In this document: positions 39,401 through 46,389 of the stretch, in pieces | How the letters are laid out: every line of letters starts with the position of its first letter | How positions within the stretch are numbered: the first letter of the stretch is position 1 | Origin: Flavobacteriaceae bacterium | Lineage (GTDB): Bacteria > Bacteroidota > Bacteroidia > Flavobacteriales > Flavobacteriaceae | Reading direction: 5' to 3' | Length of the DNA stretch: 64,000 nt | Assembly (NCBI GenBank): GCA_002691645.1 | Contig: NZIP01000019.1 | Span: 24,615 to 88,614, forward strand | Notes under the pieces: generated by a model | The model's input: only the letters and a program-made list of their open reading frames with translations | Told to the model about the DNA's origin: nothing | The model's database searches: none | Made by a program: the position numbers and the translations under genes

Positions 39401-39802
39401 CAAGGCATTCACTTCGAGTAAAGTCTGATCTGTAAAACGCCTAGCTGTTTCTTTAATAACTGCAAATGCTTCAGGGAGAATTGCATTAAGAGTTTCTTGT
39501 TCCTGAGCGTATTTATCATCTATTAAAGAGTCGATTTCGGTATAGAGATGCTCTTTTTCATCAATATCTTCAATCTCGCTGATTTTAATTTCCAATGCAC
39601 TGATTTCTTCTTGTATCGACTTGCTCTCTTCTTCTAATCGTGCTTTAAAGTCAAAAGTTTTTCTTCTTAGCTCGTCTAGACTAAGATTTTTCATTGCATT
39701 TTCAAAGCCTTTAATTTCATTTACTAGTGGAGTGATGCTTTTGATGTCTTTTTCAGACTTGTCTCCAACAAAGGCTTTTAATATAGTATTGAGTAATGCC
39801 AT
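36431..39802 (-). CDS. secA: preprotein translocase ATPase SecA
   Basis: MQTGEGKTLVATLP (Walker A), DEVDSVLIDDARTPLIIS and TNMAGRGTDI. I prefer the ATG at 39802 (MALLNTILKAFVGDKSEKD). The longer ORF would read through a terminator hairpin. Confidence 0.95.
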   Translation of the reverse strand: MALLNTILKAFVGDKSEKDIKSITPLVNEIKGFENAMKNLSLDELRRKTFDFKARLEEESKSIQEEISALEIKISEIEDIDEKEHLYTEIDSLIDDKYAQEQETLNAILPEAFAVIKETARRFTDQTLLEVNALDYDYQLAQHKDYISIKDDKAFWNNSWDAAGKEVTWDMIHYDVQLIGGVAIHQGKIAEMQTGEGKTLVATLPVYLNALTGNGVHLVTVNNYLAKRDSAWMAPIFEFHGLSVDCIDNHQPNSESRRKAYEADITYGTNNEFGFDYLRDNMAHSAADLVQKPHHFAIVDEVDSVLIDDARTPLIISGPVPEGERHEFNELKPLVSDLVQKQRQMLTSVLSECKKLIAAGEEKEGGFLLLRVYRGLPKNKTLIKFLSEEGVKQLLQKTEGFYMQDNNREMVKVDAELFFTIDEKNNQIELTDKGVSHLSSDENENFFILPDIGSEIAKIEAEELAVEEEAKKKEVLFSEFSVKSERIHTLTQLLKAYTLFEKDVEYVVMNNKVLIVDEQTGRIMDGRRYSDGLHQAIEAKENVKIEALTQTFATITLQNYFRMYRKLSGMTGTAVTEAGEFWEIYKLDVFEIPTNRPIARQDEHDLIYKTKREKYNAIIEEVIDLTQKNRPVLIGTTSVEISELLSKLLNVRKIKHQVLNAKLHQKEADIVAEAGKPGVVTIATNMAGRGTDIKLIQGVKDAGGLAIIGTERHDSRRVDRQLRGRSGRQGDPGSSQFYVSLEDNLMRLFGSERMAKIMDRMGLEEGEVIQHSVMTKSIERAQKKVEENNFGIRKRLLEYDDVMNAQREVVYKRRRNALKGKRLKVDIANMIYDTSEAVVGLNKANSDYKNFEFECIRYFSCLPKIDEEQFDSRNPEDLTDQMYSEMISQYRMRLEESAALAFPVIKNVYETKSGQYKRIVVPFSDGVKTLQVVTNLEEAYNSKGTSLIDDFEKNISLAIIDDSWKTHLRKMDELKQSVQLAVHEQKDPLLIYKFEAFELFKTMIDAINKEIISFLFKGVIPQENQNSITEANRATPKQKLNLSKEEVLNSDQLAEQNRTVGSSASRPSNQQVETIVRDKPKIGRNERVNIKHLLSGETKVLKYKQAENLLQSGEWVLIQEYKK

Positions 39803-39856
39803 TCTTCGAATTGTTTCAATCGGATTGATCACTTTAGCAATCAACCCTAAAATTAA

Positions 39857-39878
39857 CAAAAAAGCCTCTTACGAGACT
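39857..39878 (-). terminator. intrinsic terminator downstream of the DUF2795 gene
   Basis: The minus strand reads AGTCTC-GTAA-GAGGCT followed by TTTTTT: a 6-bp stem with one G-U pair, a GNRA-type loop and a T-run. It sits between the stop at 39911 and the secA start. Confidence 0.5.
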
Positions 39879-39910
39879 TTATTATCAATGCTTATTTCTG
39901 TGAATTAGGT

Positions 39911-40135
39911 TTAGTATTCGTCCTCATTCCAAAGGTAATCTTCGTCCGTTGGATAATCTGGCCAAATTTCTTCAATGGATTCATATACTTCTTCACCTTC
40001 TTCTTCCATAGATTGAAGGTTTTCTACGACTTCAAGTGGTGCTCCTGTTCTAATGGCGTAGTCGATTAATTCATCTTTAGTCGCAGGCCAAGGAGCATCG
40101 CTGAGGTAAGAAGCTAATTCTAAGGTCCAATACAT
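39911..40135 (-). CDS. DUF2795 domain protein
   Basis: 74 aa. LASYLSDAPWPATKDELIDYAIRTGAPLEVVENLQ matches the DUF2795 pattern as I recall it. It has an acidic tail. Confidence 0.6.
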   Translation of the reverse strand: MYWTLELASYLSDAPWPATKDELIDYAIRTGAPLEVVENLQSMEEEGEEVYESIEEIWPDYPTDEDYLWNEDEY

Positions 40136-40154
40136 AGGTCAATTTTTATTTTTG

Positions 40155-40184
40155 CAAAAATAATTTTTTGCATGAATGACGCAA
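40155..40184 (-). promoter_or_regulatory. Bacteroidota sigma-A promoter (TTG-N19-TAttTTTG)
   Basis: The minus strand reads TTG (40184-82), a 19-nt spacer, then TATTTTTG (40162-55). This matches the published Bacteroides/Flavobacterium -33/-7 consensus exactly and ends 20 nt upstream of the ATG at 40135. Confidence 0.5.
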
Positions 40185-40225
40185 CAAATCAAAGGAAATT
40201 ATTTAAAGAATTTAAAAAAAATCGA

Positions 40226-40777
40226 TTACAGGCTATTCCAGGGCGTTTCGGCAACTCCCATTTTATGGTGAATATGTCTAGCAAGAACAAATAAATAATC
40301 TGATAACCTATTGATAATCATTTGTATAAGAGGGTTTAATGTCGCTTCTTTAGCAAATTGTGCTATTTTTCTTTCTGTTCTTCTGCAAATTGCTCTACTC
40401 ACATGAATTCTAGAGATGATAGGATCTCCTGTAGGTAAAATGAACCATTGCAATTCATCTAAGCTTTCAGAAAGTCTATCCATTTCATTTTCCATTTCTT
40501 CAGGAAGTGCGCACCAATTTTTTAAAAACTCATCTGCTTTTTCACTGTCTGGACAGGCAATTGAGGCTCCTAGATTAAAGAGTGCTTTTTGAAGGTGTAT
40601 AATAAACTCTCTTTGCGCAGAGGCCAACCCCTCAGAATTGATAAAACCAAGCCATGAGTTGAGCTCATCTAAATCACCTAATATTTCAATGCGAATGTGA
40701 TCTTTGGAAACGCGTTGTCCATCAAGTAAGGAAGTAGAGCCGTCATCTCCTTTTCTAGTGTATACTTTTTTACTCAT
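40226..40777 (-). CDS. PduO-type ATP:cob(I)alamin adenosyltransferase
   Basis: N-terminal YTRKGDDGSTSL motif and a 183-aa helical-bundle family layout. Confidence 0.8.
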   Translation of the reverse strand: MSKKVYTRKGDDGSTSLLDGQRVSKDHIRIEILGDLDELNSWLGFINSEGLASAQREFIIHLQKALFNLGASIACPDSEKADEFLKNWCALPEEMENEMDRLSESLDELQWFILPTGDPIISRIHVSRAICRRTERKIAQFAKEATLNPLIQMIINRLSDYLFVLARHIHHKMGVAETPWNSL

Positions 40778-40780
40778 TTT

Positions 40781-40912
40781 TTATTCTTCCCTAGAAAGGA
40801 ATTTACGTCTTTTGCGCTTCCTTTGGTTTCTTTTCATTCCAAATAGTAAAACTACGTATACTAGAAGGCAAATCCCCAGTATGATATAAATATTTGACAC
40901 CTCTTTAAGCAT
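40781..40912 (-). CDS. unannotated 43-aa single-pass membrane peptide with polybasic tail
   Basis: My own translation is MLKEVSNIYIILGICLLVYVVLLFGMKRNQRKRKRRKFLSREE*. The ATG directly abuts the upstream stop (40913) and the TAA is 3 nt before the downstream start (40777). It falls below the ORF-track length cutoff. Confidence 0.45.
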   Translation of the reverse strand: MLKEVSNIYIILGICLLVYVVLLFGMKRNQRKRKRRKFLSREE

Positions 40913-41413
40913 TTAAAAAAAATTTCTCAAAATAAAGTCTTGTTTTAGACTTGGATAATTACAAATGAGAATGCCTATCGTCCACATATCCAAAGAAAAA
41001 GTAACTTTCTTAGACTTTCTCAAATGTATGAAAGATTTAAGGTTACTCGAATTTTTGTTTAGACCTAAAATGGCAATGATTTGTGTTTTTTGTGTCTGCA
41101 TTAGTTCTTTATCTAAAAATGATTCAGAATGCACAATTACAAGGTCTGCTGTGTTTTTATGATCTAGTTGCACAGGAATCGAGTCTGGTAGAAGAATTTC
41201 TTTTTCCATGTAAACGGATTGAATTTTGAAACAAGTGATTAGGGCATTTAAAATTCTTTGATTTCGATCTAGGTTTTTCAAAGTATTCTTGAGATGTAGG
41301 TTCAAAAAGTTAAACAAAACAGGCGAGTGAATGCCGTGTTTTCCCTTTGCATTTAGAATATAATTAAGCCCACGAGAGATTCTGAAGAACAGGTTTTCAA
41401 TCATAGAGTTCAA
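40913..41413 (-). CDS. hypothetical protein, possibly a core-deleted relative of a Bacteroidota SAM-methyltransferase-like family
   Basis: 166 aa. The N-terminal AKGKHGIHSPVLFNFL and the C-terminal ..VTFSLDMWTIGILI...DFILRNF resemble the ends of a family of about 210-230 aa that I recall. No GxGxG SAM loop is visible. Confidence 0.35.
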   Translation of the reverse strand: MNSMIENLFFRISRGLNYILNAKGKHGIHSPVLFNFLNLHLKNTLKNLDRNQRILNALITCFKIQSVYMEKEILLPDSIPVQLDHKNTADLVIVHSESFLDKELMQTQKTQIIAILGLNKNSSNLKSFIHLRKSKKVTFSLDMWTIGILICNYPSLKQDFILRNFF

Positions 41414-42650
41414 CGAAGTAATAGTGGTAAAGTAAAAATACTACTCTCAAATAGATCACTACTATTAAGGGTATAAACATTGGACTAAGTTCCTGATATC
41501 CAGAAATCCATATAATAGAATGTGAAAGCATTAAAATTAGAATGACGAATAGTACAATATGATGCCAGTACTTGACAAATTTATGTTTTCCCAAGACAAT
41601 CCCCAGAATTAGAAACAAGGGGTTTATCCAAAATACATTGAAGTTAAATTTTGTCGATTTGTGATCTGTTCCAAACCACATAAAACAAAGGAAAACGCCC
41701 ATTATACCAAAAATGCTAAAAAGAACTTGATCTAAAATCCAAGTTCTCATACCATTTTTAAAATCCATATAGTTGAGCAACAGAATAATTAAGCTAAATA
41801 AACCAATCCAAAACCCCGGAGCCAACAAAAATGGAGTACTTATTTCGTTGTAATTAAAGCGCAGAAGATTGCGTTCTGAGCGCACCAAATTTTCTTGACC
41901 AACTTTCATCTGTTTGATTTGCTCTGCAGTATAATCAGGAAGAAAGGCATATGCGGGATACTTCTCTGTTTTATCCATTACAGACCCTAGGACAAGATCG
42001 ATACCAACTCGATTCCAGCTATTATTTTCGAGATACTCATGAATTAAATTTCTGAATGACTTATTGTAATCTTCTTCATTATAGTTATGTTCTATAGTTT
42101 CACCAAGTTCATTTTGAAGCACATCGATAATCGCAGTAGCGCAATTGTTGTGAACAAAATCGTATAAATAGTACTTGTTTTCAGCAAGCGCATTTATTTC
42201 TAAAAAATTGAAAAGGCGTTGTTTTTCTTCTTGACCTAGATTCAGAATAAGTTCTTTTACCCATCGTTTTTCCATTTGATAAGTGTAAAGAAATTGTACT
42301 GTATTAGTTACAGATAATTCATAGAGCATTTTACCTTTTAAGAATTTGGTGTAAAAATTAGGCATACTAGGGTCAAAAGTGCCATAGTTGAAAACACGGT
42401 CGATATTTTTTTTATTGTCTATGATTCTAATGGCCGCATGACCAAATTTTGAATAGAGTTCTTGACCTGGACCGCAGACGAGCACACTTATTTGAGATTG
42501 TTCGCTCAGTAAAGTTTGATTGAATTTTGAATATGAATTTGAGGTGCTTTCTTCGAATCCATATTTAAGTTGCTGTCCACTTAATTTGGCGCTAAAAAAA
42601 AACGTTATAAGTATGTAAAACAGTGAATAGTTAAAGAAATACTTCATCTT
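41397..42650 (-). CDS. DUF4105 (Lnb N-terminal domain)-containing membrane protein, candidate lipoprotein N-acyltransferase
   Basis: The periplasmic domain carries the ELYSKFGHAAIRI motif (DUF4105 SxFGHxxLR type), followed by about 6 C-terminal TM helices. I prefer the ATG at 42650 to the GTG at 42695. Confidence 0.55.
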   Translation of the reverse strand, partial: KMKYFFNYSLFYILITFFFSAKLSGQQLKYGFEESTSNSYSKFNQTLLSEQSQISVLVCGPGQELYSKFGHAAIRIIDNKKNIDRVFNYGTFDPSMPNFYTKFLKGKMLYELSVTNTVQFLYTYQMEKRWVKELILNLGQEEKQRLFNFLEINALAENKYYLYDFVHNNCATAIIDVLQNELGETIEHNYNEEDYNKSFRNLIHEYLENNSWNRVGIDLVLGSVMDKTEKYPAYAFLPDYTAEQIKQMKVGQENLVRSERNLLRFNYNEISTPFLLAPGFWIGLFSLIILLLNYMDFKNGMRTWILDQVLFSIFGIMGVFLCFMWFGTDHKSTKFNFNVFWINPLFLILGIVLGKHKFVKYWHHIVLFVILILMLSHSIIWISGYQELSPMFIPLIVVIYLRVVFLLYHYYFVELYD

Positions 42651-42701
42651 GGCACAAATATACGTTGCTATTTTATTAATGTTTTCTAACTTCACGACCC
42701 G

Positions 42702-43385
42702 ATGACAATAAAACGTAATATTCCTAACATTATTAGTGTTCTAAATCTAGTTGTGGGATTTATGGCAATCTGGTTTGTGGCACATGGGTTTTTTTCAGAA
42801 GCCTTTTATCTGCTTTGTACCTGCTTAATTCTTGATTTTCTAGATGGATTTTTTGCCCGTTTGCTCAATGCTAAGACTAGTTTTGGAGCCCAATTTGATT
42901 CCTTTGCAGATCTCGTTAGTTTTGGAGTACTTCCTGGTTTTTTTTTGATGAATTATTTGCACAACTTAAATGCTCAATTTATTTTGATTTTACTCAGTGC
43001 TATTTATCCTGTAACTGCGGCAATTCGCCTAGTGCGTTTTAATTTGGAAGAGAAGGGTTCAAACGAGTATTTTACTGGTATACCTACTCCTATAAGTGCC
43101 TTATTGATAATGTCTTTGACTCACCTAAACCTTGAATTGCATATCGAAAGCACTGAATTCCATGCCATGGTTGTTTCTTGCTTAACCGTCTTGGTGTCGT
43201 TGTTGATGATTTCTAAATTGAAAATAATAAACCTTAAGTTTCAGGGGCTTGAATATAGAACCAATAAATGGAGATATCTTTTCATTGTACTAGCTGCTAT
43301 TACCTTTACTTTAGTACCTTCTTATACTATTGCCTTGATTTACGTTGAACTTATTCTTCTTTCACTACTTAGATTTAAAATCTAG
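42702..43385 (+). CDS. pssA: CDP-diacylglycerol--serine O-phosphatidyltransferase (CDP-alcohol phosphatidyltransferase family)
   Basis: [25 protein letters not shown] fits the DGx2ARx8Gx3Dx3D motif. It is a 227-aa multi-TM protein. Confidence 0.75.
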   Translation: MTIKRNIPNIISVLNLVVGFMAIWFVAHGFFSEAFYLLCTCLILDFLDGFFARLLNAKTSFGAQFDSFADLVSFGVLPGFFLMNYLHNLNAQFILILLSAIYPVTAAIRLVRFNLEEKGSNEYFTGIPTPISALLIMSLTHLNLELHIESTEFHAMVVSCLTVLVSLLMISKLKIINLKFQGLEYRTNKWRYLFIVLAAITFTLVPSYTIALIYVELILLSLLRFKI

Positions 43386-44114
43386 TTGTTTTTTTCGAAG
43401 TTCGAAATTTTGCCCTAAATACACCTTTCTTACCATTTCGTCTTTGGCAAGTTCCTCGGGTGGACCTGCTTTAAGAATGCCCCCTTCGAACATGAGATAC
43501 GATCTTTCCGTAATGGCTAAAGTTTCTTGAACGTTGTGATCTGTGATGAGTATACCAATATTTTTATTCTTTAATTGAGCCACGATGCGCTGAATGTCCT
43601 CTACTGCTACAGGATCAACTCCGGCGAATGGCTCGTCTAATAAAATGAATTTTGGATCTGTAGCTAGGGCTCTTGCAATCTCTGTTCTTCGACGTTCACC
43701 ACCTGACAATAAATCTCCGCGATTTTTTCGGATGTGACCTAAAGAAAACTCTTCTATTAAAGACTCCAATTTTTTAAGTTGTTCCTTTTTGCTTAGAGTT
43801 GTGGTTTGCAATACGCTAAGAATGTTATCTTCTATACTTAGTTTACGAAAAACTGAAGCTTCTTGAGCTAAGTATCCTACACCGTATTGTGCTCTCTTAT
43901 ACATGGGGAATTTTGTAATCTCTGTTGAATCTAAGAAAATTTGACCTCCATTGGGTTTGACTAGACCCACAATCATATAAAATGAGGTTGTTTTTCCGGC
44001 ACCATTGGGTCCGAGTAGGCCAACAATTTCACCTTGACTTACTTCAATTGAAATTTCTTTGACAACTTGTCGACCACTGTATTTTTTGGAGAGATTTACA
44101 GCTCTTAGCTTCAT
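43365..44114 (-). CDS. lptB: LPS export ABC transporter ATP-binding protein LptB
   Basis: Walker [10 protein letters not shown], signature LSGGERRR, Walker [14 protein letters not shown], 249 aa. Confidence 0.9.
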   Translation of the reverse strand: MKLRAVNLSKKYSGRQVVKEISIEVSQGEIVGLLGPNGAGKTTSFYMIVGLVKPNGGQIFLDSTEITKFPMYKRAQYGVGYLAQEASVFRKLSIEDNILSVLQTTTLSKKEQLKKLESLIEEFSLGHIRKNRGDLLSGGERRRTEIARALATDPKFILLDEPFAGVDPVAVEDIQRIVAQLKNKNIGILITDHNVQETLAITERSYLMFEGGILKAGPPEELAKDEMVRKVYLGQNFELRKKQLDFKSK

Positions 44115-44126
44115 ATTATTCTTCTC

Positions 44127-44489
44127 TTATTGTTGTTTGCTTTCTAAAGCATCCCAGTACTCATAGGCTCTTCTCAAGTGCGGAACTACAATTGTTCCAC
44201 CTACTAAGGTAGCGATTCCTAAGGTTTCCATAACCTCTTCTTTGGTAGCTTGATTGTCTCTAGCACCCTCTAAATGGTATTTAATACAATCGTCACATCT
44301 AAGAACGGCTGAGGCCACAAGTCCTAGTAGCTCTTTGGTTTTTTTATCTAAAGCACCTTCTTGATAGGCGTTGTGATCTAAGTTGAATATTCTTTTGATG
44401 AGTTTATGATCTCCTGACAATAACTTTTCGTTCATTTTTGAACGGTATTGATTAAAGTCTCCTACAAGATTAGGTTCTTTTTGGCTCAT
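44127..44489 (-). CDS. carboxymuconolactone decarboxylase (AhpD-like) family protein
   Basis: 120 aa with the CxxC-containing segment LRCDDCIKYH typical of AhpD/CMD-fold proteins. Confidence 0.65.
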   Translation of the reverse strand: MSQKEPNLVGDFNQYRSKMNEKLLSGDHKLIKRIFNLDHNAYQEGALDKKTKELLGLVASAVLRCDDCIKYHLEGARDNQATKEEVMETLGIATLVGGTIVVPHLRRAYEYWDALESKQQ

Positions 44490-45297
44490 TTTGTTTTTCT
44501 TTTTTCAATACGATTTTTGAAATATGTATACTTATTTGATATAGAAATACAACAGGAATTGCAACGATGATTTGACTCGCTATATCTGGTGGGGTAATCA
44601 CGGCGGATAACAACAAAACGAGTACGATTGCAATTTTTCGATATTTTCTTAATATTTCTGGAGTGACTAAACCAATTTTTGTCAAGAAGTAGATTAAAAT
44701 AGGGAGCTCAAACATGATACCGCAAGCAATTACTGAGGCTCTAACGGTAGATATGAACGAACTTATATCGATTTCATTACTGACCTCTTGGCTCACAGTG
44801 TAAGTTCCTAAAAAGTTAATTGACAATGGTGAAACAATGTAATATCCGAAAAGAACGCCCATAAAAAATAAAAGGGAAGCCACGAAAATAAACCCTTTAG
44901 AATACTTTCGTTCATTCTCATAGAGGCCAGGAGAGATAAACCGCCATAATTCAAAGAGTAAATAAGGAAAACCTAAAATAAACCCTGCCCAAATGGATGT
45001 CCAGATATGGGCTGAAAATTGTCCTGCCATAGTCCTATTTTGAATAGTAAATGGCAAGGAATCCGCACAAAATTCAGATTCGATTCCTATAAATTGACCA
45101 ATGTTGCAGAAAAAACGATAGGTCGGGAAACTCATTTTTTTTGGACCAAAAATAACTGTGTCAAATACGAAGTCTTTCATTACAAATGCCACTATTCCAA
45201 CGCATAATATGGCAATTATAGAGCGAATGAGATGCCATCTCAATTCTTCGAGATGATCCAAAAATGACATTTCTTTTTCTTCAAAAGTAGTACTCAT
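44470..45297 (-). CDS. tatC: twin-arginine translocase subunit TatC
   Basis: MSFLDHLEELRWHLIRS, a 6-TM TatC layout, and a start that overlaps the kdsD stop (ATGA). Confidence 0.9.
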   Translation of the reverse strand: MSTTFEEKEMSFLDHLEELRWHLIRSIIAILCVGIVAFVMKDFVFDTVIFGPKKMSFPTYRFFCNIGQFIGIESEFCADSLPFTIQNRTMAGQFSAHIWTSIWAGFILGFPYLLFELWRFISPGLYENERKYSKGFIFVASLLFFMGVLFGYYIVSPLSINFLGTYTVSQEVSNEIDISSFISTVRASVIACGIMFELPILIYFLTKIGLVTPEILRKYRKIAIVLVLLLSAVITPPDIASQIIVAIPVVFLYQISIHISKIVLKKEKQNEPKRT

Positions 45298-46265
45298 ATC
45301 AAGCCTTCATTTATCAGATTGTGAATATGTAAAACCCCTTTATAATTATTGTTTTTATCAATTACGACGAGCTGAGAAATTTCATTTTGTCTTATTTTTT
45401 GAAGTGCTTCACTAGCCATTTCATCTTCTGAAACGGTAATTGGATTAGTACTCATGATTTGATTTAGATGCATCGAATTTAAATCGATCACATCTTCGGA
45501 ATTCAACATTCTTCGGATATCTCCATCTGTAATGATTCCAGCTATATTACCTTTTTCGAGAACAACGGTACATCCGAGCATATTTTCTGTTATGCTTATA
45601 ATAGCCTCTCTTATGTTCTGATGTGTTTCAATTGTAGGACATTTATTTACCTTAATCAAATCCCCTACGCGCAGATAGAGTTTTCCCAATGAACCTCCAG
45701 GATGGAATTTGGCAAAGTCTTTTTCTTGAAAATTTTTGCATTCCAAAAGGGCAATTGCTATGGCATCTCCAATAATTAATTGAAGGGTAGTACTTGTAGT
45801 AGGAGCCAAGTTATGAGGACATGCTTCTTTAGCGTATCGATAAATAATACGTCGTTGGGCTGTATTGACTAAATGGGATGAAGGGTTTGAACTTATTGCA
45901 ATTAAAGTATTGTTATCTCGAATTAGATGAGGAACGAGTGTTTTGATTTCTGGAGTATTGCCACTATTTGAGATACAAACAATCACGTCGTGTTCTTGAA
46001 TAATTCCTAAATCGCCGTGAATAGCGTCCGCAGCATGCATGTAAACAGCAGGTGAGCCTGTTGAATTTAGGGTAGCCACAATTTTAGACGCGATAATTGC
46101 TGATTTACCGATACCTGTCACTATAATTTTACCTTTGCAATTTAATAGTGCTTCGATGGCTTTTGCAAAGTCATCTGGATCAATTTTTTCTAACGTATTA
46201 ACTCCTTGTTTTGTGATTTTTAAGGTGTTAAGAACGCTCTCTGTTATTTTTTGATTCAAGTCCAA
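45294..46265 (-). CDS. kdsD: KpsF/GutQ-family arabinose-5-phosphate isomerase
   Basis: SIS domain VTGIGKSAIIASKI plus two C-terminal CBS repeats, 323 aa. Confidence 0.85.
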   Translation of the reverse strand: MDLNQKITESVLNTLKITKQGVNTLEKIDPDDFAKAIEALLNCKGKIIVTGIGKSAIIASKIVATLNSTGSPAVYMHAADAIHGDLGIIQEHDVIVCISNSGNTPEIKTLVPHLIRDNNTLIAISSNPSSHLVNTAQRRIIYRYAKEACPHNLAPTTSTTLQLIIGDAIAIALLECKNFQEKDFAKFHPGGSLGKLYLRVGDLIKVNKCPTIETHQNIREAIISITENMLGCTVVLEKGNIAGIITDGDIRRMLNSEDVIDLNSMHLNQIMSTNPITVSEDEMASEALQKIRQNEISQLVVIDKNNNYKGVLHIHNLINEGLI

Positions 46266-46340
46266 TAGGGAGAAATTGATAAAAATAAATTAATTTTAGA
46301 CTTCAAAGTTAATCAAATGAAGGTCTAATTCCTTACATAA

Positions 46341-46348
46341 TAAGTTTG
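46341..46348 (+). promoter_or_regulatory. possible -7 promoter element (TAagTTTG) for recQ
   Basis: Exact TAnnTTTG match 42 nt upstream of the recQ ATG. There is no TTG at the expected -33 position. Confidence 0.3.
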
Positions 46349-46389
46349 AGTTTATTTAGGTATAATCATAGTCTTAGTTTTATTGCCGA

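Noticed and set aside
39803-39859. The N-terminal 19-codon extension of secA given by the ORF track.
   Set aside because: The extension reads through the terminator hairpin of the upstream gene, and the conserved SecA N-terminus (MALLNTILKAFVGDKS) begins at 39802.
40704-40889. A 61-aa plus-strand ORF spanning the adenosyltransferase start region.
   Set aside because: It overlaps the 5' end of a well-supported minus-strand gene. The same gap is explained better by the tightly packed 43-aa minus-strand membrane ORF (40781-40912).
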